Made by a program: the position numbers and the translations under genes. Of a stretch of DNA of 64,000 nucleotides, positions 1-13,200 are shown piece after piece. The notes below the pieces were generated by a model that saw only the letters and a program-made list of their open reading frames with translations, made no database searches and was not told where the DNA came from. The stretch comes from Blasia pusilla (taxonomy: Eukaryota): assembly GCA_050084515.1 (NCBI GenBank), contig CM114271.1, positions 44,020,001 through 44,084,000 on the forward strand, in the 5' to 3' direction. Each line of letters opens with the position of its first letter. Positions within the stretch are counted from its first letter, which is position 1.

Positions 1-561
1 TTTTGACGGTATATCCTGAGAGGGCAAAACTAAAGAACTATTTGTGGGGAACCCCTTGCTTGGGAACCCGGCTCAAGTTCAAGTTCAGGACGGGGGCAAT
101 CCCCTTGAACCATAAGAGAAGCTGGATGGGAACACAACTAAACTCTTGCGCCTTGTGGGACGATGGGGACAAAACCTCTAATCATTACTTGGTCTCCTGC
201 GCAAAATTCACAACACACAGAGCAAGAGCATATGCTGATATTGCTAAGCTGGTAGCACCAGAATTCTTCAACACATTCAATAGCCTTGATTCATTGCCCA
301 AAGCTGTTGCACTGGTAAGTAATGTCTATTGGGGATCCCAATCAGGTAAAGTAGATTGTGTGGTGAAGAGTTTCTTGGTTGACACTTGGAAGCTCCGCAC
401 AAACACGTTGTTTGGTCAGCACTTACACTATATGAGAGTGTTTCCCTCCTCTCATATGGTACCTTCTTCACTCTCTCTACACCCATCCCAGTCTCAAGTA
501 CCGTCCAACCAGGGCGCGGGGTCTATGGTCGCAAGGCTACGACATGCACTACTTAATGAGT

Positions 562-767
<206 letters not shown>

Positions 768-865
768 GCTGGAGATGGTCAAGTCATTCTTCTTGTGTTC
801 TTGATAGAGCACAAGGCAACATTGCTACTAGGTTCTTGGCTGTGGGAGGTGGGGGGCACGAGCAT

Positions 866-1023
866 TAGAGAGCTCAAATTCAACCCGAATCAACACTAGC
901 GGGAACTATAAAAGCTCCCCATCGGCGTTGAAGGAATGAATTCTAGAGAGCTCAGATTCAACCAAAAATCAACACTGGCGGGAACTGTAAAAGCTCCCCA
1001 TTGGTGTTGAAGGAATAAGTTCT
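866..1023. repeat. Tandem duplication of a ~78-bp unit
   Basis: tagagagctca.attcaacc...aaaagctcccca...gttgaaggaat occurs at 866-943 and again at 944-1023. Confidence 0.85.
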
Positions 1024-2063
1024 CTTCAAGTGTCATTCTTCCGTGGGAGTGACTTCACATCCGCATAGACGGATGCTGGGAACCCTCAACAGGAGCTACA
1101 AATGGACACCAAATACACTCACTTATTAGAAAATTACCTTCCTGCTGGTAGCTTGGAATTCAGCGTTCATTCACCACATCCTCCTCAGCTAATATTAGCT
1201 CCACCTCGCCCCACCTTCGTCTACGCTGCTGATTTACTCCTTCTCCAGAGTAGGTAAGAGGTTACATTTATATGCAGTAGAGGGGATTAGATGGGCATCT
1301 CATGGCCCTCTCCTTTGATAGTTAGACACTTTCGTATAGAGGGGAGGGATGACTCCATCTATTTCCCTTGTTACAGAAATTTCTTCCTATCTCCCTCCAG
1401 AAATTTTGTGTCACGGGGAAGGGCATTCATCCTTCTTTTGTTCCCTCTCCAACCATTATGGTCTCAAGAGAGGGACACACACTTCCTTCTTCCCACACTA
1501 AATGGATGACGAGGACATTTCCATCCTTTTGTCCCCTTCTCTTGAAATTCTCTTTGTTTTGTTTAATTTTGTTTTGTGTGGATTCAGAGCATAAATTTTT
1601 CTGATGCTTTGAAATGTGATGGTAAAGTAGAAAGTGGCACTTTCATCTCTACTCTCTGAATCTCTATGGACTGGTTTAAGTGGTAATATATCCAAAGGGC
1701 ATACAATACTTCTAATGCCACTTCAATTCACTCCATGCTAGAGGTAGTTGGCATCTATATTAATATGGAAGAGTATCCTCTTAATTTTTGAACACCTCTC
1801 CTTCTAACACGCATTTTCAGCCAACCCGGTTCAACCAACCGGGCAATTGGGTTCAATTTTGGAGGTCAGGTAAGTCAATTAGTCAATTTTGGGCTGACCA
1901 GACAAGTCAATCAGTCCAACAACAATATTCCTAGTACCATCATGGCTTGCTTAATATAAAGATTAGTTAGGATCTCTCCTAATATAAAAACTTGTGTAGA
2001 ACTTCTGATGAAATATATGTAGACTTTCCAAGAACATGCTATCATGCACATCTACATCATTGC

Positions 2064-2392
2064 CAAGGTTGCATGTGGACAAAGTCCGTGTCCGTGGACA
2101 TGTCCATATCCGTGGACTTATGTCCGTCCTATGGAAGGACTTGTCTGTATGGGCCCCACCTTTCCCTTCTTTCTCATTCCCCTTACCTGCCTTCATGTTC
2201 CATATTCCCCCATTTCTTTCTCCCTCCACCTCCATTCCCTCCTCACTCATTGCTCCTCTCATCCTTGCATTGCCTTCCATCATGGACTAAAAAGTGGGTC
2301 CCACCTCTTAAAACCCATGTCCGTGGACATGTCTAGACTTTTCCGTCCATGTCTGTCATAAGGAAGGTCTTGTCCATTTTTGTGTAACCATG
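2064..2392 (+). mobile_element. Non-autonomous hAT-type MITE, copy 1
   Basis: Ends CAAGGTTGCA ... TGTAACCATG (imperfect TIR). Perfect 8-bp TSD ATCATTGC at 2056-2063 and 2393-2400. Homologous to 36000-36295 and 59676-59997. Confidence 0.9.
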
Positions 2393-3109
2393 ATCATTGC
2401 CCAATCTACATTGTTCTTCATATTCATAGAGAAAAAACCATCGATTTTCCCAACATGCGTGAAGATTCATATACTCACAAATACTCTCAAAAATTTTAGT
2501 AACCCCACTCTCAATAATGTATATTATTATCAAGCCATATTTACCTTCTACCATGAGGGGATGTGGACTCTAACACCCTAGCTCCTACTACACCCTAGAA
2601 GGGGGAGTGTTTCCTAAGCTTAACATGGGAACTTGAAAGCCATCTTCTCCCCTCACATACCCTTGTTAGGATCCAAAAGAGCCCTACCCCTAAATATAGT
2701 AAAACATTAGAAACCTATGCAAACATATTCTTGAATGATAGTTGAGTAGATGAAGAAGTCATTTGACCCAATATAGAAAAAGAAGGTTTTTTTTAAGAAA
2801 CATCGATCTTGATGCAATGGATATGTAACTTACCTCATTGGATCACTTGGGACAAAGTTACTACCAAGTATTTCACTAACTCCCTATAGTGTTGGCACAA
2901 TATACCTCTAACTGTTTACTAACTATGCACATACATATTGCTGCACAATCTACATTGCTATTCATATACATGAAAAACACCATGCATCTTCCCAACATGT
3001 GTGAAGTTTTTTCCACAAAAAAAATACAATCACATATGTATATCAAGACCACATAACCGCCCTTGTAACTAGCGATTAGATCTCCTAACTCCAAGTACCA
3101 CTCATTAAA

Positions 3110-4000
3110 TCAAACTGGATATAGTCCAAAACTCTTTATATATATGGGATACATCCATTGGCTTGTTGGAAGTGTATCAAGAGAGGTAATGGGGGGAGGT
3201 GTACTTAGCATGACAAGTTTCAAGCTTGACACACTAAAAAACAATGTGGTGGTTGCACCTCGTACAAATCTATCATCCATATAGCTTATGCTCGTAGGTA
3301 CCATTTTCAAGTTTGGATCTATTTTTCCATCGAAGTTTGATCAGAAGTAGACATGGCGAGAATTGTGCATATGACCCTTCGAAATCATATCATCTTGCCA
3401 CTCCAATATGAAGACTCTAGGTTGGTAACACTTCACAAATATGCAAAATCTAACTTGAAATAAACAAAATTTTTACATATGTTTAGAATATTCTTGTTGT
3501 CTAGTGGGAACCATGTCAAAAGGGTGGGAAGAAGGAGGGGGCATGAGTGGATTGGGATTGGGAGGAGAGGAGGGGGGTTTCAAGAATGACATATACCACT
3601 CGATCTTTGGAACAAAAATCACAAACCAACATGGTGGATGCATCTCTTGTAGATCCACACAACATACAACTCAAGGTTGTAGGTACCACGACCAATCTTG
3701 GATCTACTCTTCTATCCAAGTTTAGAACTTGTTGTAGCGAGAAGCTGCCACAATCCTCGAAACCATATTGTTACCCCCTCTTTAACACCTAGGATCGTCA
3801 ATGCTCTTTGGTGTGAGTACATATAATATCATCTCTAGGATGAAATGAGAACCTCCTCCACAAGGGGATACATCAATTTATCCTTGTGCTAAGTTCTCAT
3901 ATGCCGTGGCCATAACTCTGACAAAACTTCCACCCCTTGAGAACATTCTTGCACCCATATAAAAGGTTCATCAATGTTTAACACCTTCTCCATATCACGT
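3110..4000 (-). pseudogene. Highly decayed integrase C-terminus/PHD relics of the PHD-Gypsy family (two successive fragments)
   Basis: Translations VDPRLVVVPTTLSCMLCGSTRDASTMLVCDFC (3516-3719) and ...RGATTTLF...PPITSLDTLPTSQWMYPIY (3110-3310) align by eye with the PHD at 17396-17534. Confidence 0.7.
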
Positions 4001-5076
4001 TTAGTAGTTGTACGTTAGTCCGGCTCAGACGTTTGTGGTGTAGTGATCTATCATTACACATCAAAAAGTATTTTGGAATTGATGTTTAGGATGCTTGCCA
4101 ACTAAAGCAATATTCCATAGTCGACTATGGTAATTGGAGGCCCTAATCCCTCAAATGTGCTCACTACAAGCCATATTTGGGTAATACCCACTTCACCATT
4201 AATATTTCTTTCTCTACTAAGTGATCCACCTCAAGATGATCCCTAGATGTGGCGTAGTGATCTATCTGTGTTTGATCACACAAGGCCTTAATTTTCTTCT
4301 AGACTTGGTACCTTGGTTGGTTAACAACTCTCATGATAGATTGTGATCTCTTTGAACACGATTAAAAAATGCATAAGTTGCTCTTTCATTCGCCTTGTTT
4401 GGTAATGCCACAAATTTAATTTGAATTAATTCACTAAGAGAAATGATTTACTAAGATCAAGACATACCTATGATCATGCCTTGTCAATAACAAAGGTCCT
4501 AAAATGTATAGCCCCAACCTTATCCTTATAACCTAATCCCAAAATGGGCAAAGGATATAAATGTGGTGTTAGAGCATTGTAAGATGTTCACACTTGATCG
4601 CATACCATGAATTCGACTATAAACCACAAAATACCCTAGATGTCAGATGCCCAATATTGAACATGGAATAAACTATAAGTATGCTTTACTAAAAAAATCC
4701 CAAACTTATGGTACACATGTCACATAACACTTTCTTGCTTAGAAGAATGAGGCACTACTCGCACTCTAGTATTCTACCACCCTCCCACACGAACGAAATG
4801 TGTGACTTATGTGTGTCCCCTTCCACTTCCTTGCACTCAATATGCTCACTATGATATAACCACCATGTAAAACAAAACATCCTCATTGTCATAGACATTA
4901 CTACTACCATTTTCCTTCTCATAGTCCCCTACATGTGAGGACTCACCATCACATTCCCATTCTAAATTTGATGTATGGAATCCAACATGGAGATTTAACG
5001 TATTAATAGGAACTTCAAGATGATGATATACAACCAACACCAAGATGTAAAGTTTTGAAGGCCTTTGCATGCCCAA

Positions 5077-6650
5077 TGTCACATCTGTTAGGATAGATCG
5101 ATGAATTCATGGTAGATTTTCTTTGAGGATATTGGAGGACACTCTGTAGAGATTAAGAATGACATGTTGAGGCCTTGGGTAACTTGAGAGAGAAGATTCT
5201 CCCTTTGTTTTGGCTGATTTAGTGCTATATATATAACCTTATTAGTTCAGGTAATTAATTTTTATAAGTAGAGTTGACTTTCTACTTTGGGAACTGGCCC
5301 TTGACCGCCCCCTCCCTATAGCAGGTCAAGAGTGGCGTGCGGAAGCGTTGCCCGATTTCAGACATAAATTGAGTATGGGGCAAGTTTCTTCATGATAGTG
5401 CTCCCGCCAACACCTTTTAGCTTGCTAGATTTATGTTGCACAAGTTTGGAAATTTTTGTGGAAGAAGTCAATGCGGAAGCATTGCTAGACTCTTTGTAGG
5501 AGTTGAGATCACGTGCTGTAGAACAATCGCTGCCTGTTTGAAATGAAAGGTCAGATGAAGGAGTTGATTTAATGGCATTTTAGATCAAGAAGTCATGTAT
5601 GTTTTCAAAGAAATGATCCAAAATTTTGATGTTGGAGCTCACAGTTGTGGTTATTTTGGTGGGGTTTCCATAGCCAATGTGTGAGGGTAGAAATCCCGAA
5701 ATCTTGTGACTTCCTTTCATGGACTTAGAAAGCAAAAATCCTTTATTTTAGTACATAAGACAAGCAAGGTAAAAGTGATTTGAGGATGACAGTGAGTGAA
5801 AACTTTATTTAGTGGGTGTTGATCCAAGATTTGTGGGGCTTACTAGAGTATGAGCCAAATTTGAGATAATTTTAGTGCGTTGACCCTTTTTTAAAGTGTT
5901 AGTGGAGTGGGAAAGAAAAGATATTGACTTTAGAAGACGGTTAAAATAGAGGCATTTTACTAATGTATGACTTGACACAATTACTATTGATCTTTTTTGA
6001 CCATCAATTGTTCAACCATTATCGCCTCTTTGATGACCGTCAACTCTTTGATGGCTATTGTCAACGGATGGGGTAGAGTTTCGAGGTATGATTTGCCATG
6101 CATGGTGACTTTTAGCCACTTGACATTGATCGAGTATTGTTTTGTGACGCTCGTAGCCAAAATTTATGGTTGATGTATTTCTGTGTTGTGCCGCTCACGA
6201 CCGCACCACACCGTCTCGATCGTAGAGCCGTACCAACAGTGAGGACCGAGGCATGTATTTTAGATAAAAGTGGGGATGCATTTTTTACATGTGTCACATT
6301 CAATCATCGAGTGTCGTGCCTTTTATAACCGTGTTGTGCCGCACCACACCACTGTATCCATAGTGCAGATCGAGGAGGTTTGGGCATCGTCAACATCAAG
6401 GAATACAACTTGCTGAGTGGAGGAATTTCTCTTCGAGACCAAGTTGGGGTTGAGGTTGGCAATTGCAGAGGAGCAACACATACATTGTGTTGCAGAGGAG
6501 CAACACATGGATTTTGGGATATTGGGTAGTTATATGGGATTTTGGGTTTTTGTATATGGATGCTAAGAGCATTGTTGACATATATGGTTAGGGGACATAA
6601 AAATGTGTAGGGTGTCCAAAGTTGAGAATATGTTATGTCGATGAGACAAT
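5077..6650 (+). mobile_element. 5' end of a subfamily-2 DNMT/PHD-Gypsy copy: truncated A repeat plus leader
   Basis: Starts TGTCACATCTGTTAGGATAGAT (the A start). About 5330-6650 matches the reverse complement of the leader at about 60340-62320. Interrupted at 6651 by another copy. Confidence 0.75.
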
Positions 6651-8439
6651 TGTCGTGCGCATACACATCGCTACACAACATAAATTGTTGTCACCAAACA
6701 TACACATAAACACACACGATCCCATGCTAACTCATGGCATCCAAACAACGAGACAAGAAGTACAAAAATATCTCCAATAAATCAATGAAATCTCTCATCA
6801 ATACTCACACCAAACTCTATATGGTGTGCACTCTTGCTCATGCCAAACCAAACTCACTCTCCTAATGAGAGGCTTGGATTACACACACCAGGCCAAGAGG
6901 ACCATAGCTCCGCCGCCTCATGCCAAGAGGTTCAACAAAGAGAGAATCAGCTCTCAAGTTCTCTCTCTTGGAGGTATACCCCCTTCCCTCTCGCAAGCTC
7001 TCTCCTCGGTAATCTACGCTCGTAGGTCATCTCCTTGGTTGTTGACTTGCTGTAGCGGGTCAAGGTCCAATTCCCAAAGTGTAAAGTCAACTATACTCCA
7101 AATGGAAACTTACTTGAAATAGTAAGCTTCTCTAGATGGCTCCGAATGAGCCGGAACGAAGGGAAAACCTGCTCTCTCTGATTACCCGTGGCTTCAGCAG
7201 GTCATCCTCGACCTCTTGAGGCTGTCTTCTAGTATCTCAGAAGGTGCTCTACTAGATCTGACCGATCTATCCTAAAAGACATCACAATTGTTGTGCGTAT
7301 ACACATCGCTACACAACATACATCATTGTCACCGGACATACATATAAAGAGGCACCATCTCATGCTAACTCATGGCATCCAAACAATGAGACAAGAAGTA
7401 CCAAAATATCTCTAATCGCCCTCCTAGTTGGTGGTTAGGTCCCTCTAACTCCAGATAACCATTAATCCCTACCTACCATGACATACATCTCTCGGACGCT
7501 AAGAGCAAGAAGGTCGGGTGCTCATATGGCCCCATCGTTAGTCGCCTTCTTGTCATCCATGTCACAGACACAAGTCGGAATCTAGAACTACCTACTCTAT
7601 ATACATCATGGATACATCCATCGTCCCCAAGGAACCCTAGTGAGAGGTGGCGTCAAACATGCCATATGCTATCCTCTCGAACATCCATCACAGACTAGCA
7701 TAGTGGCTATACCACAGGCAAAACCACACAACATACATCGCAAGCTTGTAGGAATTATTGCTAAACTCAAATCAAATGTATCATCAATGTTCGGAAGATG
7801 ATATGACGCACAGTTACGCACATGGTCCTTCCAAATTATACCATCGCGTCCCTCTAATAAAAGAACACCATATGGAAAAATCTCACGCACTCTCAAGATG
7901 ATGCGTCCTGTAGTCACATCGAACGTTGTGGGTGCCGTCGTTTGTACCCTGGTCTGTCAACACCTCAATTGATGCATTGTAATGCCTCAGCACTCAATCT
8001 AGGAAGGCATACGCTACTCCCTCACTTGCTTTGTCAGGCAATGCAACCAACTCTATCCACTTCGAGAAGTGCTCGACCATCACCAACACATAAGGACTAT
8101 GGCGCTCCGTCAAAGGTAAAGGTCCTCCAAAATCCAAACTCTATCTATAACCTAGAACCATGATCAGAAGTGGATGTAACTGTGGAGTCGGAGCATTGGA
8201 CGATGCTCGGACCCAATCATACACCATGCACTTGGCAATAAACTGTTGGACATCAGTCTGCATGCCTTGCCATCAATATTGTATGTGGAGCAAGCTATAC
8301 GTCCGCTTCACTCCAAAATGACCCAACTCCTCGTGGGCATGACGCAAAAAACGTGCTCTCTGTGAAGGATGAGGTACCTATACGTACTCTACCATCCTCC
8401 CACACTCGTAACACATGTGTCCCCTCCCATCGGAACCCT
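6651..8439 (-). mobile_element. 3' portion of a subfamily-2 copy: integrase/PHD relic, PPT, B1-A2-B2
   Basis: On the minus strand: integrase fragments, PHD (CMLCGFACGIATMLVCDGCSRG), PPT 7416-7427, B1 7289-7415, A2 6778-7286, B2 6651-6777 ending GCGCACGACA. Confidence 0.85.
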
Positions 8440-8596
8440 TGTCGTATAATAAAATCACCCACTATGTAAACTCCTCTATCATTAAGTGTGAGAGAGAGTT
8501 TTATTAGTATTAAGTAAATTAGCCTAGGAAAATGAAATTTCCATGTTTAAACCTCTTTAGGGTGGGTCATTTGTGCAGGCCCAACTTTAGGAAAAG

Positions 8597-9077
8597 TGTC
8601 ACATCTGAGTAGCCGATAGGCCGAGATCTATCGAGGATAGGGCATAAGAGCCAGCGGACTATCTTGAGTGTAACTTTGTCCCACGGTGTCGGATGAGGTT
8701 GATGATAGGTCCATTGTGTCAGGAACGTCGTTCCTGACAACTTTCATGTTGAGGTCTTTTACAGTCAGGTGACTTGTTGACCAGGTCACCCGCCCTTGGT
8801 AACATGTGTGCGCCGGTTACCAAGGGAAGGGCTATTTTTAGGGAAAGAGCCTTTTGGCTCTTCCCAACCCTATATAAGAGAGGAAGATGGCTTTCCTAAG
8901 CCATCTTTCTCATGTTGGGCCGTTGGAGCACATCCCTTGTATGTGTGTGAGCTAGGACTAGGGTGCTAGCGTCCGGATTCCTTGATAGCACAGGGTGGAC
9001 GAGGCTCGATATGCTGATGTAGATTGAGGAGTGGAGTTTTAGGCCGGGTGTGCCGGTTTTACTACTCTTTATTTTTA
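8597..9077 (+). repeat. Terminal repeat A1 of element 1
   Basis: Near-identical to 17754-18231. Starts TGTCAC. Contains TATATAA at 8871-8877. Confidence 0.92.
8871..8877 (+). promoter_or_regulatory. Putative TATA box of the element promoter in repeat A
   Basis: CCCTATATAAGAG is conserved in A1 and A2 (about 18025). TATATA-like runs sit in a similar position in subfamily-2 A repeats. Confidence 0.55.
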
Positions 9078-10480
9078 CATGAGAAAGATGTCAGGGGGCT
9101 AGTGGAAATTCGTTGTTTGCAGGTAGGCAAGCAAGTTGCCTTGGTCAGGAGCCCCTGGAGACGTGTGTGTGACGTTTTATGTGTCATTTTTCTGTTCGGA
9201 AGGCCGTGGGCGGAAGCGCTGTCCGTTTTTCTCAAATTTTGCTGGTGCGGATTGATGGGGGACAGCAGCAGGGTGTAGCGCAGGTTGTGTCGGCAGGAGT
9301 AACGTCGTCTTATAGCTCGTGGAATTTCGGGAGTACCCAGGGAGAAGAGTTAGAGCTTGCAGCCGCCAGGGGGCTGTCAAGTAAAGCGGCCGGTTTAGGG
9401 TTAGGGCGCAGCGGCGACGGGCGACGGACGGGAGCCGACGGGCGGCGACGGGCGTGCACTCCCCCCCTCTCACCTCTCTCCTCCCGCAGGGAGGCCACGG
9501 GCGGACGGCCCCCCCCCCCCGTATTTAGGGCCCAAGGGGCCCGCATAGGGCCGGGGGCCCAAGTTCCCCCCCCTCCAACGTGGTAGCACGGACCATAGTC
9601 GGTCGGGCAGTTGTAGCGAACGTGGTTGGTAGCACGGACGAGGTCGGTCAGGCGAGCGCAATGGCGCATGGGCAACGTGATAGCAGGGAGGACGTCGACG
9701 TGTTGAGTGACCGACAAGTTGAACAGCGGGCGTGACATGATGTTTTTGGGGCGTGACAGGGCGTTGCAAGAGTTTACGATGGAGGGGCTGTGTGCATGAT
9801 GCCGACGGGTTGTCCGCATCTGTTGACGGGAGGATCGACGTGTTGGTCGAGGGGAGTGTTGTGTTGCGGAGATTGTCATCTCATGTGGAGGAGTGCATGT
9901 TGACGGTGTAGCAGGTTGGAGGGCGTGATCAGGTTACCCATTCGAGTCCCTTTTCCCGCACTTGTCGTGTGTGATTGAGAGTGCTGGGTATCAGGTAGTA
10001 GCTGGTGCTAGATGGGTGCAGTGATGGTGACGGGTGTAGATTCTTTTCATGTGTAGCATGTTGGTGGATATACGGCGGTTGCCGAGTAGGGGTCGCGTGT
10101 ATGACCCGAGAGAGTGTCGCTAGGTTAGGTGAGTCAGTTGGGAGGCTCATGGTGAGCCCGAGTGATGAGCGTGCGTGAGGCCGAGTATGTCATCACGGGA
10201 TTGATGTTAGCATAGGTGAGCTAGTGAGGCGTGTGGGAGACTCTCGGTGAGTCTGAGTGCTTGAGCGGGTGAGATAGGGTTTGTCATCACGGCGTTCTTC
10301 CAAGGTTCAGAAGAACGGGGTAGTGCAAGCAGTAGTAGTGGAGTGACACGGAGTGGAGTGAGATACCGAGGGGTTACCAGTGAGGAGCTCCCTCGACATC
10401 TATCTGTGACTGGATCGTCATCACTGGACACTGGGTCTAGTGACGAGATTATCGACAGAGACAGTAGTACTTGGTAGGAG

Positions 10481-12354
10481 ATGGACGACATGGGCCATTG
10501 GGGCATGCGTCTTTTCTCGAGTGCAGTGGGCACCATCGACTTAGATGATTTCATCCAGGAGTTTGACACATGGTGCGACTTCCAGGAGATACGGACCCTG
10601 ACACGGTTCAACCCTTTCATGGCATGGAAGGGGTTGTTCTAGCACTTGGAGGGTCCTCCGATGGATGACTACATGGAGTTTCGATCACTATATTCAGTAG
10701 AGATTGATGCCTGGAGGATGTATTGGGCTCCAGGATATGTGTCCACTAGTGGTCGCGAGGCACATGATGGGATTGTGAGAGGAGAGAGACCCACACCATC
10801 AGCCCGGAGACTAGATGGAGAGGAGGGCAGTGAGATAGGCGATGTGGCAGAGACCTCTGGTGGTAGAGGGCCACCCAGCTTCAGCCCCACAGTGGAGTTC
10901 TTCCGACAGTTGGGGAAGAGCTACCAGGGCGTACGCACCGACAAGCTGAAGAGTCTACAGGATTTTCAGCGAAAATCGGGTGAGAGTCTGAGAGAGGCAT
11001 TCACACACATGAGGAGGCTGATCATGATCATTGCTACGTTTGGAGTGACTGAGGCGCAGTCAGTCCAGTATTGGTATGGGGTTCTGGACCGAGAACTACG
11101 GAGGAGAGTCCGAGATGCGGTGCTGATTCACACACCGAAGCCCACATTGAAGGTGGTCTTTGAGTTGTCTGAGCGTATTGAGCTCAACATGAGTGAGGAG
11201 TAGGTAGTGACCGCTGGATTTTCTCGAGAGTGGACGGGTCCACGAGCGACGGTGACCCCACAGGTGCCACAGCGAGCACCAGTACCACGGGAGTGGGCCA
11301 GTGTGCCTAGAGATCAGGGCGGGTACCATGAGCCTATGAGGCAACGACACACACTTACATATGTTGCCCAGCAGGGAACGATGTGGTCTTGTTGGACGTG
11401 TGGAGGGGCCCATAGGCAGAGAGACTTCCCACAGCATGGGAGAGGACCACCAGCGCCTCCGATTGCTCAGGAGCCATAGAGGATGGCCCCACCACAGCAC
11501 CAGTGTGACCATTGCCATAGATATGGTCACACTAGGGATAGATGTTTTGACCTTCGCCAAGGGGCACGTCCAGGGTAGGCCGAGGGCCTGGGGGCGGTCG
11601 TCTTGGAGGAGGTTGGGGAGTTCTTCCTGGACGTGGTGGTAGAGGACCACCACCAGCCAGAGGAGATGGAGCAGGAGCACCAGAGCCGACACTTCTCTCA
11701 CGCATCGATCAGTTGGAGCAGAGGATTGCTGCCATGACGATGATGCAGCTTAAGGAAGGCACGGAGCTGCGAGCAGCTAGTGTGACTCCAACTTCTACCT
11801 CTTACCCTGACCCGGGTGAGGATCTCGCCAGTATGGGATTCATGTGTAGTGCAGCCCAGGTTGAGGCAGCTGCAGTGGTGACTTGGGGTGCTGCAAGAGG
11901 CACCGAGCCATCGAGAGGTGGAGTTGAGATTGACCCACCAGAGGGGACAGATGGGCGGCAGGCGAGGGTTCCACAGTCGTTCACATTGTCGAAGGCACTA
12001 CACACACCATCGATGGTGCCTCGACGACCAGCGGTGCCTACAGTTCAGGCATCTACGTCGACGTCACGAGGAGTTGGAGTGACAACTCCTATGCCGGCTC
12101 GAGTGGAGTCAGTATCGACTATAGTGTTGGAGGTGGCCACTAGAGTGAGTCAGACTCCGCTATTTTCCGCCATAGAGTTGGCGACGTTGGGAGTTGGACC
12201 AGCTGAGGTGTTTCGGTTGGCCGCCACGTTATGTGAGCGTGGAGAGATGACTGCTTCTTGTTCAGAGGTAGTTGAGGAGGTGGTGGACTTGCCCTCAAAG
12301 AGCGGTCTTTGGGGCGTTCCCACACAGTCATGGCATCTTGGCGGCGGTTGGTAG
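10481..12354 (+). pseudogene. gag: Gag of element 1 (capsid-like region plus two zinc knuckles), disrupted
   Basis: DLDDFIQEFDTWC; LQDFQRKSGESLREAF (retrotransposon gag motif); CWTCGGAHRQRD and CDHCHRYGHTRDRC knuckles. In-frame stops at about 10640 and 11201. The true start may be near 10288. Confidence 0.8.
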
Positions 12355-12860
12355 ATATGCCAGCTCGACCGGCCATAGAGCGAGTAGGGGTGACACCTAG
12401 AGTAGTGTTACTGGATAACAGAGCTGGAGTATTTCGCTTGGTTAGTCCGATGGGGATGGTATACCACCCGAAGCGCATCCTACTTGATTCGAGAGCGCAA
12501 CCCTTGATGTTAGGGAAGGCGGCGTGTTTAGCGTTGGGGTTACGGAAGGCCGACATTGAGCCTTGTCCCTTCCGATCTGAGACCTCGATTGGGGCGTATC
12601 ATTCACTCGAGATATGACTCGACAGAGATTGTTGTCGAGTCCAGCCAGAGCATGCGACGGATAGTGCTATGGTGCGCGACACGTGCGATTACGACACCAC
12701 CGAGTAAATGCGATGTGTTGGTGGGGAGTATAGTGTTATATCCCCTAGGATTCATCCTTGACTTCTGGGAGGAGACCGTTGCTTATCGGCCAGGATGGCG
12801 GTCAGGTGACGGCCGGATGAGTCAGTTACCCGTGCAGTTTGCGGGACGAAGTGGTTGATC
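12355..12860 (+). pseudogene. Aspartic protease domain of element 1
   Basis: ILLDSRAQPLMLG (D-S-G-like active-site position) and the downstream DVLVG motif; frameshifted. Confidence 0.75.
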
Positions 12861-13200
12861 ACGAGGCGAGTCTGTGACCACGTTGGCAGCTTTCACACGT
12901 AGTGTTAGCTGGCCAGGAGAGTTGTTGGAGGGGAACGCACATGCGGAGGATGTCCTAGGAGTGGATAGTCCCACGGAGAGACAGGCCATGGCGGGTGTCT
13001 CTTCCCATGTTGGCGAGGCCTCTTCACCATTATGGGGTACGACTTGGGAGCTACAGAGGAGTGTCGATGACCTCGTGAGGCAGGCGTGGAGTCATGTTTT
13101 TATCCCAGAGCAGCGAGAGTCACGTGGCAATCGGGCTCTTGGAGTGGAGACGATGACCCCACTAGATACCACACCTGTTGTGTGGCAGTGCCCAGAGGAG

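Noticed and set aside
9177-9879. Several 100-190 aa ORFs in the GC-rich leader of element 1
   Set aside because: Low-complexity Arg/Pro/Gly frames on both strands, as expected from GC content; not conserved in subfamily-2 leaders.
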